A stretch of DNA of 63,972 bases, counting the filler, from Pelomyxa schiedti (lineage: Eukaryota > Protista > Evosea): the NCBI GenBank assembly GCA_020536535.1. It is 9 parts of 9 records of this genome, joined end to end, with 100 filler letters (N's around TTAATTAATTAA, not from the genome) between each part and the next. Parts side by side here need not be neighbours in the genome. Positions count along the whole stretch, not along the records: positions 51,151 to 61,491 come from JAHLWZ010001269.1; positions 61,592 to 62,870 come from JAHLWZ010002626.1; positions 62,971 to 63,972 come from JAHLWZ010003031.1; 6 more parts are not named here. One strand, 5' to 3'. Below are positions 53,363 to 63,972 of the stretch, piece after piece. A program made the position numbers and the translations under genes. The notes beneath the pieces are model-generated. The model worked only from the letters and a program-made list of their open reading frames with translations. It was not told where the DNA came from and made no database searches. How positions within the stretch are numbered: position 1 is the first letter of the stretch; every line of letters begins with the position of its first letter.

Positions 53363-54622
53363 TCAGTCTGTGTTGATGATGTTGGCTACTGCATAGCTTA
53401 CTGAGGAGTCGTTGGTTGTAGTGACTTGTGAGGATTGCGCATAGTGTACAAATTTGGGCCTGAGGTGGGCCCCAGAGGCCCGGTTGAGTGCGTGAATCAT
53501 AATGGATATGGCCCGGCGGCCGCATATAGTGTTGCTGTAGGTCCGCAGGTAGTCGCTGAATGCCCCGGAGTCACAGCTTTCAATGTGGTCCATGGCCAGC
53601 CGGTCCAGGTGTTCTATGGATTTCCATATCTGTCCTTTGCCACCCCACGATTCATCATAGAAGGTGTATCCAAACCTTTTTTTTGGGTTGGAAAATTAGT
53701 GTTAGAATAAGTGTGCAGGAATTACCTTCGGCCCCAGTGACAGAAATCGCTTGAGATCACAAAGAGATTTTGAGGGTTCTCAACATACCGCGAGAGAAGG
53801 GCTCCGAACTGGGCCTCTAGTTGCATAAGAAAGTAGTATGCTCAGGGCGGAGCTTACCTTCGTCCTCTGAAATGCTACCAACCATAATAGGTATGACCTT
53901 TGCTGACGGTGCCTTTCTAGCTATGAATGGGAACTGCATTTCAAGGCTGTGCTCCTCATCGTCTGGGTTGTATACAATAAAAAAATATGTATTAATATGT
54001 ATTTAGAAAATATTGTAAAAAGGATGCGGCTTATACCTACAAATGAATCAAGATAGGACATCATCCTGGATTCCGCAAGTTCACTAACAATTTGGCGGTT
54101 AACAGGTAAAGAACCAAGAGGAGTCTCCAGCGACTCGTATTGCGTCAAACGGCACTAATAATTATGGTCATAAAAAGGTACACTAACTTAAAAGAAAACA
54201 TCGCATACTCCATGAAAGGGAGCATGGTGACTTGGTCCAAGAACAAATATATTGGGTGACGAATTCACAGTCACAGCAGCTTCAAGAGACCTATATGCAT
54301 GTGCTGCCGGCAATCCCGAATACCTTAAATAACCTTAAATACATACACAAAGAAAAGTGAAATGAAAAATAAAAATTAATTAATTAGTGAAAAAGGAATT
54401 ATTTTTTATTTAATTTTTGTGCACCCGTGTCAAAAAAAAAAAACCCTACCTGTAACCAGCGTGGGGGCATATGAATCCTCTTGGCATATGTTCATTATGG
54501 TCCCTACTCGATGCCTCTCGTAACCACCCATCGATTTCATTTGACAGCTGTCCCCGGTTGGCCGAGTACCACGACCCCGCGTGACTCGCTGGGCGCACAA
54601 CAACTCGCTTCGTCGAAGCCAT
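53363..54622 (-). CDS. MEMO1: MEMO1 (AmmeMemoRadiSam protein B family), spliced
   Basis: [59 protein letters not shown]. Confidence 0.95.
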
Positions 54623-54822
54623 CAACGTTGATTTGTTTTACTCTTTCTTCGACGGTTACGATGACAGTGAGGCCTCTGACAACAGATGGACCCCATCACT
54701 GTCCTGGAAGTCCTCATCAACAATAAGGGTAACAGGGTGGTTGTGAACTTTGCAACGTTCGAAGCCGAAAGTGTCCTCTTGAAAACCTTCAAGAATTTGC
54801 CAAAGAAGAAGTGATAGGCACA

Positions 54823-56535
54823 ATGAGCGACAACAACAACAACAACAACAACGGGGTGGAGGATGTTGGTGCCTCAGCCCCCGACGTCGCGTCGTCCACT
54901 TGCAGCGGAAGCGACGTCGGTACCGCGATTATGGGCGAGGCAGAGGCCAGGGAGCTCCTCACGCGCGCACTCACTGCCCTCAGCGCCCTCGCTCATACCA
55001 CAAGCAATCGAAGCGGTGGTGGTCACCCACAGCCGGCGGGTGGTGGCAATTATGGGACCCTGGAGTGCGCCTACATCGCGGCGACGAGGGTGAGGGAGCA
55101 GGGGCCGAGGTGCAGCAGGCCGATGGCGTGCCTCATTCTCGCCTTCTTGTTCATGACTGACTCGAATCTCTTCGAGCCGCTCATGCCGTGCGATGTGTAC
55201 TTGTGGGACAAACTGATGGGCGAGGTTAAATATGGTGACGGATCTCATCACCGATGGACAGTAGCGGTACTGGAAGATATCATCAACAACCATGGCAACA
55301 ACAGCCAGAACGGGAATTGTGGGATGATAACCGGCGGTGACAGTACAAGTAACAGTGGAGATAGGGCTGTGCTGAACTTTGGGAGGTTTTTGTTGAGTAT
55401 GATGCTGGGCAACTTTGAGTTCCCGTTCAGTGATGAGAGAAAAGCCAAAGAGCTCATCGGAATGTCTGCGGATTCTGGTGACCCGAGGGCACAGAGTTGG
55501 TACTGGCAACACTACGAGAAGGTGGACAAGTACTTGCAAGAGGCTGTGGAACAGTGCTACCCTCCTGCGCTCAGCCAACTAGGGATTGCATACTTGGATG
55601 GCACTGATTGCATGGCTCCAAATGTGGAAGAAGGCCTCAGGCTGTTGAGGATGAGTGCGGAATTGGGTGATGTTAATGCCCAGAATTGCTTGGCATCGTT
55701 TCTCCTTCACAGTGCTGACCACGTTGAGCAAACCACAGAGGATGAACAGGAGGCATTCAAGTGGGCACAATTGGCTGCACGAACCGGGATGAAATTTGCT
55801 CAGGAAAAATTGGCTGGCATGTATTTCCGAGGGATCGCAGTTGAACGGAATGTGGAAGAGGCCATGAGGCTGTTCAAGCTATCTGCTGCACAAGGCAACA
55901 CTCTGGCTCAAGTAGAACTGGGCGAAATTTATTTCAGTGGTTATCATGATGGAATTCCACTGGATAGGAAGTTGTCAACAGAGTACTACTCCATGGCTGC
56001 AAACGGAGGTGACGAGGCGGCCCAGCACCACCTGGCGCAGTGCTACATATTCGGGTGGGGTGTGGAAAAAGATGTACTCCATGCCATGAGCCTTCTAGAG
56101 CAGTTATCACATGGAGGATACGCAAAAGCCTACTCGGAATTGGCTGATGTTTATGCCTGTGGTGCAATCTTTGGAATTCCAGAGGATTATTCCAAGGCTG
56201 CCCATCTCTACAAACTGGGTCACAAGTGCGGTGATGCCTACGCAACAACAGCACTGGGGCAGTGCTATCACCAAGGAAAGGGAGTCAAACCAAGTCACAT
56301 AAAGGCCCTGAAGCTGTTCCACAAGGCCGCTTACTCTGGTCACCATGTACACAGTGACATTGGCAGGATTTACCGCGTATCGTTTAGCGACGAGAGGGAG
56401 GCATCAAGGTGGTTCAGGCTGGCTGCTGATGAATACGCCGAGTCGAAGACACCTGACCTCCTGGAATCCATTGACCGATTTGTTGCAGCACACTACAGGG
56501 ACCAAATCAGCGCTTTTTACGCATACGATGACTGA
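54823..56535 (+). CDS. Sel1-like repeat protein, intronless
   Basis: Repeats such as AQEKLAGMYFRGIAVERNVEEAMRLFKLSAAQG and ALGQCYHQGKGV. Confidence 0.9.
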   Translation: MSDNNNNNNNGVEDVGASAPDVASSTCSGSDVGTAIMGEAEARELLTRALTALSALAHTTSNRSGGGHPQPAGGGNYGTLECAYIAATRVREQGPRCSRPMACLILAFLFMTDSNLFEPLMPCDVYLWDKLMGEVKYGDGSHHRWTVAVLEDIINNHGNNSQNGNCGMITGGDSTSNSGDRAVLNFGRFLLSMMLGNFEFPFSDERKAKELIGMSADSGDPRAQSWYWQHYEKVDKYLQEAVEQCYPPALSQLGIAYLDGTDCMAPNVEEGLRLLRMSAELGDVNAQNCLASFLLHSADHVEQTTEDEQEAFKWAQLAARTGMKFAQEKLAGMYFRGIAVERNVEEAMRLFKLSAAQGNTLAQVELGEIYFSGYHDGIPLDRKLSTEYYSMAANGGDEAAQHHLAQCYIFGWGVEKDVLHAMSLLEQLSHGGYAKAYSELADVYACGAIFGIPEDYSKAAHLYKLGHKCGDAYATTALGQCYHQGKGVKPSHIKALKLFHKAAYSGHHVHSDIGRIYRVSFSDEREASRWFRLAADEYAESKTPDLLESIDRFVAAHYRDQISAFYAYDD

Positions 56536-56693
56536 GCAGACCCCAGGCCCAATCAGATGCGATTTAATAGTTTCCCCGAATGAAAAACTGATCAGTTTTG
56601 CGGTGGTCAGTAACGCAACCAATGTTTTTAATGCTTCTTTCTTCATCATGCATTTTACCACCCATAAGTCTTGGACGTGTCAACCACTGCTGC

Positions 56694-58891
56694 TTAAGTG
56701 AGTGTTCCTGACATGGCCAATAATGCAACGAGGAACAACAGTAACGACGAGGTCACGTGCGACGGTGAACCAGCTGATGTTGACTCTGACACGGTAATTG
56801 TGCTTGACTGCGACGATTCATCACCCTGTGTGTATGATATATATAATATAACAGAGTAATGTAATGTATAGGTATTATTAGTTCTAATAATATTAGACAC
56901 ACAGAAGAGGGACCAGAGCCATCATGGTGGTGACTTGTTGATGTGCTGGTACTTGTACTTGCGCTTGTGCTGTGGCTCACTGAATGTGATGTGGAGGCTG
57001 ACCTGGAATTGGATGGAGATAATGAATGCGATGCGGAAGTGGATGGTGACATAGATGCCGAGAGTGAATGTGAGTGGGATTGGGATGTGGATTGGGACAT
57101 GGACTGTGATGCTGATTGTGATTGCGATTGTGATATGGAGTTCGACTGCGACGTGGAGTGTGAAGTAGATCGTGACTGTGAAGCTGAGTGTGATATAGAA
57201 TCGGACTTGGAAGTTGAGTGGGAGCTTGACGATGCAGAAGAAGAGGAGAGAGAATCAGAAGAAGAGGACTGAGAGCTTGAGGATGTAGATAGGGAGGATG
57301 AAGATGATAGAGATGATGAGTGCGAGGAACTTGAGGAGGATGACCTGGAGGATGATACAGAGTACTGGCTCAACGGATCAGTAACATGTGGTTGGTCAAG
57401 TAGACCAGTTCCATGCTTCCGCAGACAATTACATCAGCCCAGCCATCACCTGTTGTGGGGTTAGGAATTAATTGAAGTCATGCGAATTCATCAACCAGAT
57501 ATGTCCGCAGCCTTGATATCCTTTACCCCAGACACATTTGCAATACTGAAGTTGTGCCAGCCGGAGCCATCTCCATTGTAGTTCGAGAACCACTGAACAG
57601 TATTTACTGCCCCCGAAGCCATGTCTGTGGTTGAATCCTGAAGAAGAGATGAGACTATTCCTATAGTTGAAATCTTACGTGGTTGAAATCAGCCCACGCT
57701 GCGAAGCGGTACCCAGTGATGGGTACAATGGGGTATGCAACCCATGTTCCACTGTTGTGAAGTCACAAAACTGATAGCATTATAGATTCGTACCTGTGAC
57801 CTGGGTTCTTGTGCCAATAAGCACCGGTCAGACTGAAACCCATTTGTACAACATCCAACCAGCTGTACGCCGGTGAGTATGAATCAAAACAAAAACGACA
57901 TACCCATCGCCATCAATATCTACAGTGTATACCTCAGTAGCTGGAGCAAGGGCCGAAATGGAAGTGGGTGACCAGCACTCTGATGTAGAATCGCAATTGG
58001 AATGGAAGTATCTGAGTGGTCCGGCTGTGCTATTCTGCAGTCCGGCGGCAAAATCTCCAAGTTTTCCAGTTTTCTTAACCTTTTTTAGAGACCAAGTGGA
58101 AACGAATTGGAAACATTACCGTGATGTTGCCTACGGCCAAACCCCTTAAATCTCTCTCGGGAGACGAAACTGTGTGCTGTACAAAACCGGGGTTTTCAAA
58201 CCACCATAGTCCTCCAACAATGGCCGGGTTTGACGCAAGGTAGTTGCCCCCAACTACTACATCCATTGTTCCATCTAAACTGCGGATTAGTTCCACCGGG
58301 AAAAAGAGAGTCAAGGAGGTTTTACCTCCATTCACATCCCAGTGCTCCACTTGCTGAATTGTTGCCGTGACTGTTGCTATGGAAGTAGCCGATGACCATG
58401 AGTCAGTTCCGTGTGTGTAAGTGACTTTGTACAGTGTTTGCGATGCTCCAACAACAACATCCTTGAAGCCATCACCGTCCACATCATAAACAGTTCCCTA
58501 TTTGCCTACATTAGACGATTCCGACCGTTCCTCAGAAGTACCTGTCTCATTGAACCCAGTGAAGTAGTGGCAGGTACAATAACAGTCTTTTTCCAGGACG
58601 GGTTCTTATACCAAGAAATGTTACCAGAACCACCGCCGTCCACAAACTGCATACTGATTAGATTCTTAAAGGTAACCAACCAACTGTTGGTCATACCATA
58701 ACAACATCTACAAGCCCATCATTGTCCATATCAGCCAACTCAAGGCTCCTACTACAAAAGGGTTAGTTTGCTGAACAGATAGTATCGTCGACGATAACAG
58801 AAGCCCAGTCACATCGCACCTCCTCCCACAATCCTGTTAGCATTACGCCAACGACGAAGAAGAGCAGCACGCCGCGTTGCTTGTTGTACAT
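56694..58891 (-). CDS. Secreted/surface FG-GAP (VCBS-like) repeat protein with Ser/Thr stalk and probable GPI signal; spliced
   Basis: Hydrophobic N-terminus. DxDxDG loops (ADMDNDGLVDVV, DVDGDGFKDVVVG, DIDGDG). Ser-rich 56900-57370. Hydrophobic C-terminus. One in-frame TAA near 58763 is not cleanly resolved by splicing. Confidence 0.78.
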
Positions 58892-59068
58892 CGGTTACGT
58901 CGCTTGCTTTTTTTTGGGTTGTGTGCGAATTGGAATAAGCCAAGAAAGAAGGGTGTTCCATGAATCGGAACCTAATCTGCACATCTGAGATCCAAGCCAC
59001 TACGATGGACACACGGGGAAGAAGAATTCTTGTACATGATGTACGTCAAAACGCGAGAACTCATCAAA

Positions 59069-60766
59069 ATGAACGGGGCAGATGATCAATCACCACCTGC
59101 CGTCGTACCATCGGCGAGCATACAGAACATAAACTACGCGATTATGGGTGAGGCAGAGGCCATGGAGCTCCTCACACGCGCCCTCAGCGCCCTCGCTCAT
59201 ACCACCCACAACAGATGTGAAGATGGTGGTGGTCCACCACAGTCAGCGGGTGGTGGCAATTATGGGACCCTGGAGTGCGCCTACAGCGCGGCGACGAGGG
59301 TGAGGGAGCAGGGGCCGAGGTGCAGCAGGCCGATGGCGTGCCTCATCCTTGCCTTCTTGTTCATGACTGACTCGAATCTCTTCGAGCCGCTCATGCCGTG
59401 CGACGTGTACTTGTGGGACACACTGTGGGGCGATATTGCCAAAAGTGAGGCCCCCGACAACAGATGGACCATCACTGTCCTGGAAGACATCATCAACAAC
59501 GACAATAACATCGGCAATAACCACATGAGAAGAAGTAACGAGGAATATGTGGTGGAGAGTAATAGGGTTGTTGTGAACTTTGCAACGTTCCTGTTGGGTG
59601 TGATGCTGGGCTACAGTGGGTTCCCGTTCACTGACGAGATAAAAGGCAAGGAGCTCATCAGAATGTCTGCGGATTCTGGTGACCCGAGGGCGCAGACTTG
59701 GTACTGGCAACACTACGACGAGGTGGACAGGTACCTACGAGAGGCTGCGGAACAGTGCTACCCTCCTGCACTCCGTGAATTAGGTATTGCCTACTTGGAT
59801 GGCACTGATTGCATGGCTCCAAATGTGAGGGAAGGCCTCAGGCTGTTGAGGACGAGTGCCGAAATGGGCGATGTTAATGCCCAGAACCGCCTTACCTCGT
59901 TTCTCATTGACAGGTATTACGACGTTGGGCAAACCAAAGAGAATGCACACGAGGTATTCAAGTGGGCACAATTGGCTGCACGGTCTGGGCTGCCTTTTGC
60001 CCAGGAAAAACTGGCCGGCATGTATTACTACGGCGTCGGAGACCTTTTCGGAATCGCACCGGAATCAGTTCCGGAGGCCGAGAGGCTGCTCAAGCTATCT
60101 GCCGCACAAGGAAACGCCGCGGCTCAGGTAAAACTGGGGAGAATGTACTCTAGCATGGCGTTTCTCAAACCCGATGACAAGCTGGCGGCAGAGTACTTCT
60201 CCATGGCGGCCAATGCAGGTGATGAGGAGGCACAATTCCGCCTTGCGACCTGCTACCTATCCGGCTGCGGTGTGGAGCAAGATGCACTTCGCGCCGTGGG
60301 CATTCTCGAGAAGTTGATACAGCGTGGATCCGCAGAGGCCTACGATACATTGGCTCTTGTGTACACCCATGGTGAGAGCTACGGAATTCCATCTGATCCT
60401 GTAAAAGCTGCCCATCTCTGCAAACTGGGCCACAAATGTGGTAATTTAAACGCAACAGAGCAACTGGCCCGATGCTATCGTAATGGCACTGGAGTGGAGA
60501 GAAGTGACAGAAAGGCCCTGAAGCTGTTCCACAAGGCCGCTTACTCTGGTCACCATGTACACAGTGACATTGGCTGGATTTACCGCGTATCGTTTTGCGA
60601 TGAGAGGGAGGCATCAAGGTGGTTCAGGCTGGATGCTTATGCACACTTCGAGTCGACAACACCTGACCTCCTGGAATCCATTGACCCTTCTCTTGCCACA
60701 CACTACCGAACTGAAAGCCCGGATCCTCTGCCTTGGCCACCTGATTCAGAGGGTGGTCTCCCATAG
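59069..60766 (+). CDS. Sel1-like repeat protein, intronless paralog of 54823-56535
   Basis: Blocks of near identity with the paralog (e.g. NYGTLECAY..FEPLMPCDVYLWD, KALKLFHKAAYSGHHVHSDIG). Confidence 0.9.
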   Translation: MNGADDQSPPAVVPSASIQNINYAIMGEAEAMELLTRALSALAHTTHNRCEDGGGPPQSAGGGNYGTLECAYSAATRVREQGPRCSRPMACLILAFLFMTDSNLFEPLMPCDVYLWDTLWGDIAKSEAPDNRWTITVLEDIINNDNNIGNNHMRRSNEEYVVESNRVVVNFATFLLGVMLGYSGFPFTDEIKGKELIRMSADSGDPRAQTWYWQHYDEVDRYLREAAEQCYPPALRELGIAYLDGTDCMAPNVREGLRLLRTSAEMGDVNAQNRLTSFLIDRYYDVGQTKENAHEVFKWAQLAARSGLPFAQEKLAGMYYYGVGDLFGIAPESVPEAERLLKLSAAQGNAAAQVKLGRMYSSMAFLKPDDKLAAEYFSMAANAGDEEAQFRLATCYLSGCGVEQDALRAVGILEKLIQRGSAEAYDTLALVYTHGESYGIPSDPVKAAHLCKLGHKCGNLNATEQLARCYRNGTGVERSDRKALKLFHKAAYSGHHVHSDIGWIYRVSFCDEREASRWFRLDAYAHFESTTPDLLESIDPSLATHYRTESPDPLPWPPDSEGGLP

Positions 60767-61712
60767 AAAAAAATTTTTACCAGTTTCTCTGAAGGGGCTA
60801 TTGTGTTTGAACACAATGAGGAATATTGTAGAGCATTATTGGTTGTGTGTAACTGGGTTCTGAGGATTGTTCAATTTGGGGAGTTAGTTCCGCAATCTCC
60901 GTTGGAAGACAAAAAAAAAAAATCAGGTCCAGGGGAAAAAAAAATACCGAAAGACTGAGTACCAAGTGGCTGAATAGGAAAAACACCAGACCGCCGATCC
61001 TGAGCGACGATAACGAAAAGTACAGCGTTCCGGTCTGTTGATTATTTTATTCAGCCAGTGTTGTCTGTATAAAATATAGATAGAATTAAATTTGGGCAAA
61101 AAACCATCCTTTCTCCCTTCAGGGCCCAGAGACTGCTGCAGACCAAGCACATATGTGTTCCACTCTTTGGGCCAGCTAAATCCACAAGAGCAGCTTTTTC
61201 CATCCTCCCACGACTGAGAACAACACACTGATTCATCAAAACGAATTCTAAGTGCGAGTCCCAAACATTATTTTCCGCGTTGACAGTTCAACAGAGGTGG
61301 GGGCATGTCGTTCCAAGACAGTACGCAAGCGCGGGGGTGGACGTTCAAGACGCCCGAGGCACTCGCTGCCGCGCGGCGCCGTGCTCCCGCGCGCCCGGCG
61401 TCGCCGGCGACGACGCCCGCGGCCGCTACGGCGGAGGAGGACGAGGAGGCGCGGAGGGTGAGGCGCCACGAGCGCAGGCTGACGTGGCTGTNNNNNNNNN
61501 NNNNNNNNNNNNNNNNNNNNNNNNNNNNNNNNNNNTTAATTAATTAANNNNNNNNNNNNNNNNNNNNNNNNNNNNNNNNNNNNNNNNNNNNCTTCGTTAT
61601 TCACAAACTTAGAGACCCCAACGGCGGCATTCAATGAAACAGGTTGTTGTGAAACAACCAAACGTGAAATCGCTGCGGTTGTCACTCAGATCCGGCAAGC
61701 CCTGCGTCTGCA

Positions 61713-62479
61713 TGTTGTTGTTGAATGATGCTAAGTGGGTGAAAATAATCAACAGACCAGCAATTTTTTTTTTCCCTCCTTGAAGAATTAAATTTCAAAT
61801 TAATTAATTCACCCAAGTGCTTAGCTCTTGTTTTGGTAAATCAACTCAAAAAAAAATATGTCCAACAAACAACGAAACAATGCACCGTGTCTTCTTCGTC
61901 GTTTTCCACGGTGGCTGTGGTTGTGGTGGTATCATCATTCCTGTTACAACAACTACTACTAGTGGTGGTGGGAGTTGTTGTTGTTGTACTCGTCGTCCGC
62001 GAATCAGCGTTTCGTTGTTTGTTGGACATATTTTTTTTTGAGTTGATTTACCAAAACAAGAGCTAAGCACTGTTTTATCCATCCCGCTCTAACGGTTAGA
62101 AACAAGCAAGATGAATAATGTTTTTCTATTCGACTTTGGCCACAATTAAACAATTTTGGTTCGGCTTAAGAGCGCGCGACTTTTCTCGTGCGGTGGTGCG
62201 GTGTTCTGCGGCTAACGTCGTTCGGTGACGCCGTCGTGGATTTCGCTGCTGTCTCGGCGCGATCCTTGATGTCGGTGCCGACGTGATCAAGTTGTGGATT
62301 CCATTCCCGCGCATTAGCTTCGCGGCCATCATGTTGATCATCTAAAGTTCTATTTCTATCCATACCGCTAACAACTGGGTGAATTAATTAATTTGAAATT
62401 TAATTCTTGAAGGAGGGAAAAAAAATTGCTGGTCTGTTGATTATTTTATTCACCCACTTAGCATCATTCAACAACAACA
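61713..62479. repeat. Nested inverted repeats
   Basis: Outer arms 61713-61815 / 62376-62479 (a few differences). Inner perfect 63-bp arms 61816-61878 / 62009-62071. Confidence 0.9.
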
Positions 62480-62970
62480 AGTTGTTTGTTGGTTGGTGAT
62501 AGGACTCTCGTTCCCATTTGAGTTGTGTGTGTGATAGTGTCTATCAAGAAGAATTATTTTTGTTATTATTCCTTTAATTAAGTTTCCCGATGATTCTTGG
62601 AACTTGCTCTCTGACATTGGTGGTTGGTGGGTGGGGTGGGTGGTGTTAGTGTTGGTTGTTGTGGCACTTCTCCACAGCTTTTTTTTTTGTTTGGTTTGTT
62701 GTTGTTGGTTTGGTTGTTTGGTTTAGGAGTAATTGAAAACGTGGGACCACACACACTCACACACTTAGTTGTTGTTACCACAACAACAAGGGAGTGGTGC
62801 CTTTGGTGGTGGAATGCACGCCACACAGCACATCTATAGTCGTAATGTGAATGTTGTGTGTTGAGTGAATNNNNNNNNNNNNNNNNNNNNNNNNNNNNNN
62901 NNNNNNNNNNNNNNTTAATTAATTAANNNNNNNNNNNNNNNNNNNNNNNNNNNNNNNNNNNNNNNNNNNN

Positions 62971-63460
62971 GATAGTTCGTAGATGCTAGTTGTGCAATTC
63001 TTGTATATGATATCACGGACAGGGATTCATTTGACAGGGTACATAACTGGGTCCAGGAACTGCGCAAAATGGCAAATACCCGACCTGGTGTACCCCCAAT
63101 ATTAATTGTTATTGCCGGTAACAAAAGTGACATGGAACGAAACCGGGTTGTATCACTTGATGAAGCAGAGAAGTGTGCATGCTCTTTCCGTACTTATGTT
63201 TTAACTCTACAAGATACGCATCCACGGTTGGTGCAACCCATTTCTCTACATCTGCCAAAATGAACAAGAATGTAAGAGAGCTCTTTGACTACATTGCAAG
63301 AAGTGTGTCACTACAAATCATCAAATGATTTTAACCAAACATATACATAGACCTCACGGCGAAGCCACAACCAGACACAGGGGGTAAAGGCTCTGACGAC
63401 GACGAACCCATCAGAATAGGAGAACCTCGCACTGATACTAACGATGGTGGATGTTGCTAA
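62971..63460 (+). CDS. RAB21: Rab GTPase, Rab21-like, 3' part (spliced)
   Basis: VYDITDRDSFDRVHNWVQELRKM, IAGNKSDME, YASTVGATHFSTSAK, C-terminal GGCC* prenylation motif. Confidence 0.82.
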
Positions 63461-63694
63461 TGTATAATAAAAACATTTCTGGCAAATAGCATGAAGTTTT
63501 ACTTTTGGCAAATCTAATGAGAAAGAATTAATCCGTGGAGACACAGTTGTGGTAACATGGGACCTGGAATGATTTTTCTACAAATCATGAACCAAACCAA
63601 TAAAAAGAAAGACGTTTCACAACTTCAACTCACTTGAGATTCCATATTCAACAATAACAAAATTAGGGAATGAGAACGTTACGAGAGGTACTGG

Positions 63695-63972
63695 TCAGTC
63701 TGTGAAGGCAATGACCTCAAGGGACATGCACTCGAATTGCTCATTGCCTGTTCCATCAAGGGGTTCATTTTCAAATGTGTCACAGTTGGTGGTGAACCCG
63801 AAATGCAACTCCTCGTCAATCTGGAGCCCAAAACCCTTTCCACCTCTTTTGGGGATTTTGTGTTAATGAATGTTCGTAGTAGGGAATAAGTAGAATAACA
63901 CACCCGCCACCAAAGGCCAATTGAGCCTGTTCCACACACATGAAGTAGCGGTTGTCACGAGTCCAGTTCCAT
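63695..63972 (-). CDS. TLDc-domain protein (OXR1/NCOA7-like), 3' end; missed by the ORF track
   Basis: Spliced translation WTRDNRYFMCVEQAQLAFGGG|GGKGFGLQIDEELHFGFTTNCDTFENEPL..FECMSLEVIAF. Confidence 0.9.

Overview
This is eukaryotic, intron-rich DNA with GT-AG introns mostly about 40-70 nt long. It is not one locus: nine unrelated scaffolds are joined by eight artificial 100-nt N-TTAATTAATTAA-N linkers, and there are five internal 100-N gaps. The gene families (MORN, Sel1-like and ankyrin-kinase expansions, and intronless 'QFxA...RCG' proteins) suggest an amoebozoan, probably a Pelomyxa-like archamoeba; this is an inference. Recognisable genes are PRMT5, MEMO1, a Rab21-like GTPase (partial), a TLDc protein (partial), a RhoGAP, a DEDDy exonuclease (partial), a MORN-RING E3 ligase, a TRIM-like RING/B-box/FN3/Gly-rich protein, three Sel1-repeat proteins, two ankyrin paralogs and an FG-GAP surface protein, plus Ty3/Gypsy relics. 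Three observations stand out. (1) An 839-bp non-autonomous TIR element (9604-10442) whose empty site is also in the window (about 34427) and implies a 2-bp CG target duplication; a second copy also ends at CG and truncates a gene. (2) A four-member uncharacterised two-domain gene family with conserved Cys/His residues (three in tandem at 19968-26257, one distant paralog at 51341-52868). (3) A TRIM-like protein ending in an apparently circularly permuted ALK/LTK-type glycine-rich domain. Several duplications are exactly 121 bp or are inverted with microhomology junctions, and are best read as k=121 assembly and whole-genome-amplification artefacts.
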